From Polyangiales bacterium (GTDB taxonomy: Bacteria > Myxococcota_A > Polyangia > Polyangiales > Houyiibacteriaceae), in NCBI GenBank assembly GCA_045106895.1, contig JBGCFM010000157.1, forward strand, positions 1 through 64,000: DNA of 64,000 nucleotides, given 5' to 3'. Positions 36,276 through 45,083 of this stretch are shown here, piece after piece (within the stretch, counting starts at the first letter, position 1; every line of letters starts with the position of its first letter). Position numbers and translations under genes: made by a program. The notes under the pieces are model-generated. The model was not told where the DNA came from. It searched no databases and saw nothing but the letters and a program-made list of their open reading frames with translations.

Positions 36276-39149
36276 ATGGCGTTCTTCGACGGCCTCTTCG
36301 AGCGCATCGACAATCTCGCAAAGCCCGGCAAAGGGCTCTTTGACCGCGCCACGCGCTTCATTGACGATGTCCTCCTTCTCCCCGAGGAAGCAAAGGAAGC
36401 GCTGACCCGCGGGGAGGCGCTGGTGCTGGATGAGCGCTTTGAAGAGGCGGAGCAGTGCTTTTTGCAGGTGCTGGCGGAGCGCCCATCCCTCACCCGCGGG
36501 GCCCTCGGTCTCGCGCGTTCGCGGGAAGGTCTCGGCGACCTCGAAGGCACCTACGAAGCGTTGATGGAGGCCCGCGAGTTCGCGCCGGAGGACGCACACC
36601 TTGCCCTCTGGACCGCCCGGGCGGCGTTGGCCGCGGGTCATCCCGCGGATGCGCGGGACGCGGCCCTCGCGGCGAGCCGAGGACTGGCGGGGGAGGGCGG
36701 CGAGAACTTCGCCGACGCGTGCGCGACTTTGGCTTGGGCTGAGTGGCACGGTGGACGGCCGGACCGCGCAGTTCGAGAGCTGCGCAAGGCGCTCAGTGTC
36801 TCCGACCGTGACGATTTTCGTGTCGCCCTCGTCGCCGCTCTTGTCGACGCTGGAGATGGCGCCGCAGCCCTCTCCAGCGCTTCGGGGCTGGACCCGCTGC
36901 GCCTCGGTCCGATGGACGCTTGGCGCGTGGGCGAGTCTTTGGTTCGAGCCGGTCATGGCCCTTTGGGACAACGCTTCATGGCTGTCGCGGCGGACGCTGG
37001 CGTGCGAGAAGCGTGGGTCGCCCTGGGACGGGTGACACTGAACCTCGGCGACTTGGAGGCGGCGGTGTCCCAAGCACGGCGTGCAATTGCCGAAGGCGGA
37101 GGTGCTCCAGCGCTCACGCTCCTCGCCGACGCGCTCTTGGCCGGCGGCGACGACGCCGGGGCCGCCGAGGCTCATGAGGGCGCGGCGCAGTCCGTCACCG
37201 GCGCAGAGGCGTCGCTCGCTTGGGCGCGCGCCCTGCGGGTCGTTCCGCGTGACGAGCACGACGCCATCCAGCGATACGCCGAGAACCTGCGCGCTTGTGC
37301 GGAGCCTGGGGAGCGTGCGGCGCAGCAGCTGCTTTGGGCCTCGCGTTTGCTCCTCTCGTCCCCAGGAGCGCAGGGGACCGGAGAGGAGATCCAGACCGAC
37401 GAGGTCCAGGAGCCACGGCTCGCGTTGGCCCTGGCGGGGCACCACGCGCACGCCGACGAGCACCGAGAAGCGCTTGGTTTCCTAGACGTGTTCGACTCGC
37501 TTCGCTCCGGCGCGGACGACTGCCCCGCCGCGGACGCGGCCTACGCTGGAGAGCTTCGGCGCAGCAGCCTGCGGGCGGTATGGCGCGGCGAGGGCGAGGT
37601 CGACCTTCCGGCGGCCATCGACGCCGCCGCGCAGTTTGGTGAAGAACGAGGGCTGGGCGATGTGGCACGCGGCGCTCTGCGTCTGCGCGACGAGCTCGAC
37701 CGTCCGCTCCTGGTTGGAGTCCTCGGCGAGTTCAACGCGGGAAAATCGACGTTCATCAACGCGTTTATCGGCGCGAAGGTGGCGCCGATGGGAATCGTGC
37801 CGACAACGGCTACCTTGAACGTTCTGCGCGGTGGCGCGAATCGAGTGGTCCGTGTGGTCTTCCGGGATGGCAGCACACGCGAAGGCAGCCATGAAGCCCT
37901 ACGGCCCATACTGGAGGAGCTGAACGCGGTGGGGGCCGACGCCGTCGGCGCGAAGGGTCTCGACCAGGTGGAGATCGTGGTTCCAAGTGAGCTTCTTGAG
38001 CGCGTCTGGATTCTCGACTCGCCGGGGACCAACGCTCTCGACCCCGAACACGAGAGACTCGCTCGCGAAGCGGCCCGCAGGGCGGATGTTGTGCTCTGGG
38101 TCTTCGATGCCGCGCAGGCCGGCAAGATGACCGAGACCAAGATGCACGCGGAGATTCGTGCACAAGGGCGCTTGGTATTGCCGGTGCTCAACAAGTGCGA
38201 CCGACTCAAAGAGGGCGAGCTTGAAGAGGTGAGCGCCGTCATCGAGGAAGGGTTCGGCGTCAAACCCGTCCCGCTTTCGGCGAAACGTGCCCTCAAAGCC
38301 AAGCTCGACGATGACGCTGATCTGCTGGAAGCCAGCGGGTTTCCCGAGCTCATGCGGCGTCTCGACGCCGATGTGTTTAGCCAGTCGCGGATGTTGAAGC
38401 GCCAGGCCTGCGCTGGGCGCCTCGCGACGCTCCTCGATGACGCCTTTCGTACCGAGCAGGAACGTGCCTCGGGCCGCGCCGTGGAGGCCGAAGCCCTCGA
38501 GAAGATTCGAGAGGAGCTGCCCAAGATGCGGCGCGCGGGTCTCCTCGCCGTCGACGACGCCCTCCGTGTGTTCGCGCGCGAGCTCGATGAGGCGTTCACC
38601 TCGGCGCGGGAGGAGGTCCTTGCCTTCGCACGCCCACGTCGCGGTCGCTTTGCTTCCAAAGGGGTTCACCCGGAGGACCGAGCGTTTCTCAGAGAGGTTC
38701 TTGGGCGGCGGGTTCGCGAAGCCATCGAGCGTTGCGAGAAGCGCCTCCGAGCTCAGCTTCGCGCGGCGCTAGCCGTCGACTGGCCTCCGGGTCAGGACCC
38801 ACGTGCAGGCATCGATGATGTTCTCCGTCCGGCCCTCACGGGATTCGCCGGCTACCAAAGAGGACGCCTCGATGGGGGCCTCGAGCGTTTCTTCGACGAA
38901 GAGCTCGCGCGAAACGAGCTGAGCGCCGAAGGGGTTTCCGCGGCCCTCGCAAAGGTCCGCGCCGACGAACGAGATGAGCTTCGCCCCGGCCTCCTGGAGG
39001 CCGTCGAGGGGATGATTCAGGCCACCGACGAAGGTCTCGATTCTGCTGTCCAGAGCTCGCGTTCGGCGGACGCGTCCCTTCGCTCCGCGGTTTTAGGACC
39101 CTTGATGGCCCTCCGAGATGTGCTCATGGAAACGCGAGACGCTCTCTGA
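36276..39149 (+). CDS. Dynamin-like GTPase with an N-terminal TPR-like region
   Basis: G1 GEFNAGKST, G2 IVPTTA, G3 DSPG and G4 NKCD. Ala-rich helical repeats at the N-terminus and a helical stalk at the C-terminus. Confidence 0.82.
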   Translation: MAFFDGLFERIDNLAKPGKGLFDRATRFIDDVLLLPEEAKEALTRGEALVLDERFEEAEQCFLQVLAERPSLTRGALGLARSREGLGDLEGTYEALMEAREFAPEDAHLALWTARAALAAGHPADARDAALAASRGLAGEGGENFADACATLAWAEWHGGRPDRAVRELRKALSVSDRDDFRVALVAALVDAGDGAAALSSASGLDPLRLGPMDAWRVGESLVRAGHGPLGQRFMAVAADAGVREAWVALGRVTLNLGDLEAAVSQARRAIAEGGGAPALTLLADALLAGGDDAGAAEAHEGAAQSVTGAEASLAWARALRVVPRDEHDAIQRYAENLRACAEPGERAAQQLLWASRLLLSSPGAQGTGEEIQTDEVQEPRLALALAGHHAHADEHREALGFLDVFDSLRSGADDCPAADAAYAGELRRSSLRAVWRGEGEVDLPAAIDAAAQFGEERGLGDVARGALRLRDELDRPLLVGVLGEFNAGKSTFINAFIGAKVAPMGIVPTTATLNVLRGGANRVVRVVFRDGSTREGSHEALRPILEELNAVGADAVGAKGLDQVEIVVPSELLERVWILDSPGTNALDPEHERLAREAARRADVVLWVFDAAQAGKMTETKMHAEIRAQGRLVLPVLNKCDRLKEGELEEVSAVIEEGFGVKPVPLSAKRALKAKLDDDADLLEASGFPELMRRLDADVFSQSRMLKRQACAGRLATLLDDAFRTEQERASGRAVEAEALEKIREELPKMRRAGLLAVDDALRVFARELDEAFTSAREEVLAFARPRRGRFASKGVHPEDRAFLREVLGRRVREAIERCEKRLRAQLRAALAVDWPPGQDPRAGIDDVLRPALTGFAGYQRGRLDGGLERFFDEELARNELSAEGVSAALAKVRADERDELRPGLLEAVEGMIQATDEGLDSAVQSSRSADASLRSAVLGPLMALRDVLMETRDAL

Positions 39150-39220
39150 AGAAAACGAACGGTTCATGAATTCGCTTCAAAAGGGTGATGAATCGACCCA
39201 TCCGGAGGAAGACGGTCGAA

Positions 39221-39238
39221 TTGCAGTCATCTTGCCAA
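39221..39238 (-). promoter_or_regulatory. Putative sigma54 -24/-12 site, antisense, upstream of rpoN
   Basis: Minus strand reads TTGGCAAGATGACTGCAA (GG-N10-GC), compared with consensus TGGCACGNNNNTTGC. Confidence 0.45.
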
Positions 39239-39306
39239 TCGGCGCTTCCGTTATGGGGGAGCGAAACCGTATACTCGAGTTAGTCGCCCCGGCGGCTGGA
39301 GACTGA

Positions 39307-40761
39307 ATGGAGATCAAACAACAACTACGACTCTCTCAGAACATCGTGATGACGCCTCAGCTGCAGCAGGCCATCAAGCTGCTGCAGATGTCACGAATGG
39401 AGCTCGTGGAGCTCGTTCAGGAAGAGCTCCTCGAGAACCCGGTCCTCGAAGACGGTATGGATGGTCACGACACGCGCGAAGTCGCGATGGAAGACTCGCC
39501 GACCATCGACAAGCAGATCGCCAGCGACGACAAAGCGGCGACGGACCAGGACAACAAAGAGCAAAAAGACGACATCGATTGGGAACGTTACCTCGAGAAT
39601 CACGCGCTTCAGCAGCCTCTGCCGAGCGTCCGGCGCGGTCCAGACGAGGAGATGCCTGGCGTCGACCAGACGCTTACTCGCGGGGATGACCTCGTGGATC
39701 ACCTCGCCTGGCAGCTTCGAATGGGCGATTTTATCGACGAGGAGCAGAAATTCGGCGCCCTTGTCCTCGGTCAGCTGAACGAGACCGGCATGCTCGTCAT
39801 GGACGACGTCCCCGTCGACGAGATCGTGCCTCGTTTCGCCGTTGAATCCGGCCTTCATCCCGAAGATGCCGAAGAAGTCCTGAACATGATGCAGCGTTTC
39901 GACCCGGTGGGTTGCTGCACGCGTTCCCTCGAAGAGTGCCTCTTGGTCCAGGCGGATCACTTCGGCATGGACGAGCTGACCAAGCGCGTTCTGCGTGAGC
40001 ATCTCAAGGACCTCGAGCGCCGGAACTACAACAACATTGCGAAGGCTCTCGAGATTGAGATCGAGGAAGTCTACGACATCGCTCAGGTCATCACGGACCT
40101 GGAGCCTCGCCCTGGCCGAAACTTCGCGAGCGCGGAGCCACGCTACATCACGCCCGATGTCTACGTGCACAAGGTCGGCGACGAGTACTTCGTCATGGCC
40201 AACGACGACGGGATGCCGAAGCTCAAGATCAGCGGTTTCTACCGCGCGGCGATGGCCGACGACCCGAAGGCCAAGGAGTACATCAAGGGCAAGCTTCGCA
40301 GTGCCCAGTGGCTGATTCGATCCATCGACCAGCGACGAAAGACCATCATCAAGGTCACCGAGTGCATCGTTGAAAAGCAGCGCGAGTTCTTCGACAAGGG
40401 CATCGAATACCTGAAGCCGATGATCCTTCGTGACGTCGCCGAGTCCGTTGGCTTGCACGAGAGCACCATCTCTCGTGTGACGTCGAACAAGTACGTCAAC
40501 ACTCCCCGTGGCCTCTTGGAGCTCAAGTTCTTCTTCAACTCCGCGATTCGCCGCGACAACCAAGACGACATCGCGTCCGAGAGCGTCAAGCAAGCGATCA
40601 AGAAGATCGTGGACGCCGAGGACTCGAAGAGCCCGTACTCGGACCAGAAACTGGTGAAGATGCTCGCCGAGAGCGACATCAAGATCGCGCGCCGAACCGT
40701 TGCCAAGTACCGAGAAATGTTAGGTATTCTCAGTAGCACGAAGCGAAAAAAGTACTTCTAA
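39307..40761 (+). CDS. rpoN: RNA polymerase sigma-54 factor
   Basis: MTPQLQQAIKLLQ, HESTISR and the RpoN box ARRTVAKYRE. Confidence 0.98.
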   Translation: MEIKQQLRLSQNIVMTPQLQQAIKLLQMSRMELVELVQEELLENPVLEDGMDGHDTREVAMEDSPTIDKQIASDDKAATDQDNKEQKDDIDWERYLENHALQQPLPSVRRGPDEEMPGVDQTLTRGDDLVDHLAWQLRMGDFIDEEQKFGALVLGQLNETGMLVMDDVPVDEIVPRFAVESGLHPEDAEEVLNMMQRFDPVGCCTRSLEECLLVQADHFGMDELTKRVLREHLKDLERRNYNNIAKALEIEIEEVYDIAQVITDLEPRPGRNFASAEPRYITPDVYVHKVGDEYFVMANDDGMPKLKISGFYRAAMADDPKAKEYIKGKLRSAQWLIRSIDQRRKTIIKVTECIVEKQREFFDKGIEYLKPMILRDVAESVGLHESTISRVTSNKYVNTPRGLLELKFFFNSAIRRDNQDDIASESVKQAIKKIVDAEDSKSPYSDQKLVKMLAESDIKIARRTVAKYREMLGILSSTKRKKYF

Positions 40762-40864
40762 GAGCGAATAAACTACGCGCGTGTTCGTTTCAAAAAAGCA
40801 CTTTGAAACCGCACGGTACGACCCGAAACTTTCACGACCCCGAACAAAGACCCAAGGAGCCTCG

Positions 40865-41161
40865 ATGCGCATCAACTTCACCTTCCGAAACCTCGACTCA
40901 TCCGAACGCATTAAATCGTATGCCTCCGAGAAGATCGCGAAGTTTCAGAAGTACCTTCGGGCGCCCTTGGATGCTGAAGTGGTCGTCTCTGTGGAGCGAC
41001 ACATCCACGCCATCGACATCACCGTCAACGCGGATGGCCAGCGCTACGCGGCCCGCGAAGAGTCCGAAGACATGTACGCTTCCATCGACCTGTGCCTCGA
41101 CAAAGTCGATCGTCAGATCCGAAGCAAGAAGGCCGCCGCCGTCGATCGAAAGCGCGGCTAG
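40865..41161 (+). CDS. hpf: Ribosome hibernation promoting factor (short HPF/RaiA)
   Basis: INFTFRNLD...EDMYASID. SD AAGGAG; follows rpoN. Confidence 0.92.
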   Translation: MRINFTFRNLDSSERIKSYASEKIAKFQKYLRAPLDAEVVVSVERHIHAIDITVNADGQRYAAREESEDMYASIDLCLDKVDRQIRSKKAAAVDRKRG

Positions 41162-41227
41162 GGCCAGTTTTTTTCGCAAGCTGCGGTGGGGGTTGTCGTC
41201 GTCGAAGGCGTTTGCTAACCCGCCGCC

Positions 41228-41674
41228 ATGGCTCTCGCGGACTACCTAAGCGAAGCTCGAATCGTCGTCCTGGCCAACGCGCCGGACAAGAGCGCGGCGA
41301 TTCAGCGCGCGGCTTCCCTCTTGGCACACGAGACGGAGCTTGATGAGGCTTCGGTGCTGCGTGTGCTGCTCGAACGTGAAGCGCTTGCCACCACGGGCGT
41401 CGGAAGCGGCGTCGCCATGCCGCACGGCCGAATGAACGTTCCGGAGATCCGCGCCGCGTTGCTCATCGTCCCTGGAGGTCTCGCCTTCGACGCCATCGAT
41501 GGACGTGACGTACAGCTTGTCCTTGGACTCCTCGCGCCGGCGGACCAGCCCACGCAGCTCCTGCGCGTTCTCGCGGACTCCTCTCGCGCACTCCGCCATG
41601 CCCACACGCGCGAGCGGCTAATCGGCTGTTCCGACGCCGGGCAGGCGATGCGGGTTCTCGAAGAAATCGTTTAG
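41228..41674 (+). CDS. ptsN: PTS EIIA (Ntr/Fru-type)
   Basis: EREALATTGVGSGVAMPHGR with the phospho-His, plus genomic context. Confidence 0.88.
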   Translation: MALADYLSEARIVVLANAPDKSAAIQRAASLLAHETELDEASVLRVLLEREALATTGVGSGVAMPHGRMNVPEIRAALLIVPGGLAFDAIDGRDVQLVLGLLAPADQPTQLLRVLADSSRALRHAHTRERLIGCSDAGQAMRVLEEIV

Positions 41675-42475
41675 GGCGGCGGGGCCTTCAACGCGAGGAA
41701 CCACGGCGTGACGAGCGTTCGTGTGGACTCTTCTGACTCTCGCGCCGACGCCCTCACGTTCCGCCATTCGAGCGAGGCGGCGGCTCTGTCGGCCCGTGGA
41801 GCCTCCCGTGTAAAACGTGACGAGGACCCGCTCGTCGTCGGCGTGTGCCCATTCGAAGAAGTCGGGGGCCTTCGCGTAGAGCGCGTCCATCAGGAATATC
41901 GCGTCGATGGGGATATCGCTCTGCGCCCAGGACAGGGCGGTCTCGAACCCCGCCGAGTGCGGCATGAGCGCGACGGAGCGCGGCGTGTCGAGGCGGAGAG
42001 AAACAAGCGCGTCCTCAAGCCAGCCTCGCGTGTACTCCGCGTCTCCAAAACGCCCCGCGTCTCCGTCACGGCGACGAAACGCGAGCTGTGGCATGAGAAT
42101 CACTCGCTGCGGGGCGCTCAAGACCGCGCCAAGGTTCCAGCCTGCTCGAGGCTCACGACCCTCAACGCAGGGCTGCTCTCCTTCGCGCATGAGCACATTA
42201 ACGCAGCCGCTCCAGCCATGAAGGAAGACCACGAGGTCGTAAGGCTCTTCCCGGTCGAAGGCTGCCGGAAAGTGCGCGAGAGCTGCGGGGGCACCATCGG
42301 GCAAGGTATGTGAGGGCTCCGCCACGTCGATCACCACGATGCTCTCCGGTGAGGGGGCCGGTGGGGGCGGCGGCTCTGGCGTCTGAACCACGGGGGTGGG
42401 CGTTTCAGACGCAGGGGGCGGCGTGCTGCAGGCGACGAGGGCGAGCACAAATCCAATGGAGCCAGGGCGCGTCAT
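41618..42475 (-). CDS. Alpha/beta-hydrolase-like lipoprotein
   Basis: Lipobox LVAC, VVFLHGW, nucleophile-like PHSAG, LMDALY and RHAVVP. Confidence 0.65.
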   Translation of the reverse strand: MTRPGSIGFVLALVACSTPPPASETPTPVVQTPEPPPPPAPSPESIVVIDVAEPSHTLPDGAPAALAHFPAAFDREEPYDLVVFLHGWSGCVNVLMREGEQPCVEGREPRAGWNLGAVLSAPQRVILMPQLAFRRRDGDAGRFGDAEYTRGWLEDALVSLRLDTPRSVALMPHSAGFETALSWAQSDIPIDAIFLMDALYAKAPDFFEWAHADDERVLVTFYTGGSTGRQSRRLARMAEREGVGARVRRVHTNARHAVVPRVEGPAALNDFFENPHRLPGVGTAD

Positions 42476-42493
42476 CGCTGGTACTGTCCCTCC

Positions 42494-42748
42494 ATGGCAA
42501 GTGTTGAAGAATTTGAAGCAGCGGTGAAGTCTGTCAAAGGACTGAGCAAGGCACCCGACAATAGCAGCCTCTTGGAACTCTATGCGTTCTACAAGCAGGC
42601 GACGGCTGGAGACGTCAGCGGCAAGCGTCCCGGAATGCTCGACGTGAAAGGTCGGGCGAAGCACGACGCGTGGAGCAAGGTCAAAGGACTGAGCGCTGAG
42701 GATGCGCGAAGCAAGTACGCCGCAAAGGTGAAGTCGCTGGGCGCTTAG
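42494..42748 (+). CDS. Acyl-CoA-binding protein
   Basis: LLELYAFYKQATAGD...RPGMLDVKGRAKHDAW, the ACBP signature. Confidence 0.93.
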   Translation: MASVEEFEAAVKSVKGLSKAPDNSSLLELYAFYKQATAGDVSGKRPGMLDVKGRAKHDAWSKVKGLSAEDARSKYAAKVKSLGA

Positions 42749-42751
42749 CGC

Positions 42752-43723
42752 GTGGACCACACGCGAAATCAATCGCACCCGCCGGAAGTTCGCACGACGG
42801 TGAAGGCGCTCCTCGACGACTCCAGCGTCGGCGAGATGGTGCGCCTTGTCGCCGGCGCCGTGTCGCTTGATCGCGAGATCAGGCACCCGCGGATTCAAAA
42901 GTCAGGGCTCGCGTGGGTCGGTCACTACCACGGCATCATCGGTGAGCGCGTTCAGATATTGGGCGAGACGGAAATCGCCTACTTGGAGTCGCTGGACGAA
43001 GCGAAGCTCGAGCAGCGTTGCCGCGAGTTCTTCGGACTGCGACTTAGTCTCCTCGTCGTGACGCGTGGTGTGGAGCCGCCGCCTGCGCTCCTCGCCGAAG
43101 CTCGGCGGAGCGAGACCCCGGTCGTCATCGCTGGGCCTCGCTCCAGTCAGACCATCGCGACGATCCACGACGTTCTCGACCGCCTTCTGGCGCCGAGCGA
43201 AACGCGACACGGGGTCCTCGTAGAGGTTCACGGAATTGGAATGCTCCTTGTCGGCGAGAGTGGAATCGGTAAGAGCGAGTGCGCGCTCTCGCTTCTCGAC
43301 CGTGGCCATCGGTTCATCGCCGACGACCGTGTCGTGCTCCTGCGAACTCCGTGGGGCGCCCTTGTTGGGAGCGCGCCGGCTCCGCTGCGGCATCACCTCG
43401 AGGTTCGCGGCGTCGGAATTCTCAACGTACGCGACCTGTTCGGCTCGACCTCGGTTCGGGACGACAAACGTATCGGACTCGTCGTCGAACTCATCACCTG
43501 GAATGCGGATACAGAAGTAGAACGCCTCGGACTTGATGATGCGGAAGAGCAGATTCTGGGTATCGCGATCCCGCGGCTGACGGTCCCAGTGCAGCCTGGT
43601 CGAAACATGGCGGTCATCTTGGAGGTCGCGGCGCGCAACCAACTCCTTAAGCGGAGCGGTAAACACGCGGCGCGAGACTTCATCGCGGCTCTTTCCGCGA
43701 GCGCGGGCCTTTCCAAGAACTAG
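42752..43723 (+). CDS. hprK: HPr(Ser) kinase/phosphorylase
   Basis: RVQILGETE, HGVLVEVHGIG, GESGIGKSE, IADD and LEVRGVGILNV. Confidence 0.96.
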   Translation: MDHTRNQSHPPEVRTTVKALLDDSSVGEMVRLVAGAVSLDREIRHPRIQKSGLAWVGHYHGIIGERVQILGETEIAYLESLDEAKLEQRCREFFGLRLSLLVVTRGVEPPPALLAEARRSETPVVIAGPRSSQTIATIHDVLDRLLAPSETRHGVLVEVHGIGMLLVGESGIGKSECALSLLDRGHRFIADDRVVLLRTPWGALVGSAPAPLRHHLEVRGVGILNVRDLFGSTSVRDDKRIGLVVELITWNADTEVERLGLDDAEEQILGIAIPRLTVPVQPGRNMAVILEVAARNQLLKRSGKHAARDFIAALSASAGLSKN

Positions 43724-43897
43724 CGCCCTGAGTCCTCCCTCAGCTCAAAAATGCACCACAGTTCATCGCTTCGCGGACAGCAAAATCGAAGCACTCTGAC
43801 CAAATGTGGCCGCAGTTGTGAGATGGGCTCTAACCCCGTGTTCGATACTTTGGCATGAGCGGTATTCGTCGCTCGCGCTTTTGACTATGATGCCGCC

Positions 43898-44758
43898 ATG
43901 CACATCGTTGTTGTCACCGGGATGAGCGGAGCGGGGCGCTCCACCGCGCTTCATGTACTCGAGGACGTTGGGTACTACTGCGTCGATAATCTCCCACCTT
44001 CACTCGCGCCGGAGCTTGTTGCACTCGCAGCCCGCGAGGGCGAAATGGACAAAGTTGGCCTCGGCGTCGACGTCCGGAACGGCGCTTTCCTCGAGGGGGC
44101 TGAGGTCGCGATGGGGGCTCTGCGGGAGGCTGGACACTCCGTCGAAATCCTCTTTCTCGACGCGGCCGATGACATCCTCGTTCGCCGCTATAGCGAGACC
44201 CGGCGGCCTCATCCGTTGGCTCCGGCCGGAGATCTCCTCGGCGGGATTCAGGGAGAGCGTACACGCCTCGCGCCTCTGCGCGCCGAGGCTGCCCGCGTCA
44301 TCGACACCACTCGGCTCTCGGTTCACGACCTGAAGCGCACGCTCCTCGATCACCTGACGGGTGGCGGAAAACAACGTGACATGGTCGTTCGGATCATCAG
44401 CTTTGGCTTCAAGTACGGCTTGCCCGTTGAAGCCGACCTGGTGTTTGACCTTCGGTATTTGCCGAACCCGCATTTCGTGGACGAGCTGCGGCCGAAGACG
44501 GGGTTGGATGCCGACGTGTCGAACTACGTTCTCGAGCGACCTGAGGCGGAAGAGCTGTTGACGGACCTCGGTCAGTTCTTCGGGCACACGCTTCCGCGAT
44601 ACGAGCGCGAAGGGAAGGCGTATCTCACCATCGCCATCGGGTGCACCGGCGGTCGTCATCGCTCCGTCGCCGTGACGGAAGAGCTCGGAAAGCGGATTGG
44701 GTCGGGTCGGGAAGTGCATCTGCACCACCGTGATGTGAAGCGTAAGAAGCCCCGCTAG
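43898..44758 (+). CDS. rapZ: RNase adapter RapZ
   Basis: VTGMSGAGRS, CVDNLP, SFGFKYG and IGCTGGRHRSV. Confidence 0.96.
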   Translation: MHIVVVTGMSGAGRSTALHVLEDVGYYCVDNLPPSLAPELVALAAREGEMDKVGLGVDVRNGAFLEGAEVAMGALREAGHSVEILFLDAADDILVRRYSETRRPHPLAPAGDLLGGIQGERTRLAPLRAEAARVIDTTRLSVHDLKRTLLDHLTGGGKQRDMVVRIISFGFKYGLPVEADLVFDLRYLPNPHFVDELRPKTGLDADVSNYVLERPEAEELLTDLGQFFGHTLPRYEREGKAYLTIAIGCTGGRHRSVAVTEELGKRIGSGREVHLHHRDVKRKKPR

Positions 44759-44789
44759 TAGATGCGACGATTCACTGAGACGGGGCCAC

Positions 44790-45083
44790 GTGGACGACAA
44801 AGCAGAGGAAAACACAGCGAGGGGGGCGTTTGAGATCGTCAACCGGCTCGGCCTGCACGCCCGCGCGGCGGCAAAGCTGGTCCGTCTCGCAGGGCGCTTT
44901 CATTCGAAAGTCGAAGTCGCCAAAGATGGACAGCACGCTGACGCGAAGAGCGTGATGGGCGTGCTCCTTCTGTGCGGAGTCCCAGGGGCGACGCTCGAGG
45001 TGAGCGCCCGCGGGCAAGACGCGCAAGCGGCCGTCGATGCTATCGGGGAGCTGATTCAAGACCGTTTCGGGGAAGACTCATGA
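44790..45083 (+). CDS. ptsH: Phosphocarrier HPr
   Basis: GLHARAA (His15) and DAKSVMG (Ser46). Confidence 0.95.
   Translation: MDDKAEENTARGAFEIVNRLGLHARAAAKLVRLAGRFHSKVEVAKDGQHADAKSVMGVLLLCGVPGATLEVSARGQDAQAAVDAIGELIQDRFGEDS

Noticed and set aside
36276..39149. Dynamin as part of an anti-phage defence island
   Set aside because: No neighbouring defence, nuclease or mobility genes; the downstream context is core housekeeping.
39118..39306. 62-aa ORF between the dynamin gene and rpoN
   Set aside because: It has no SD or motif, overlaps the dynamin end, and covers the probable rpoN promoter.
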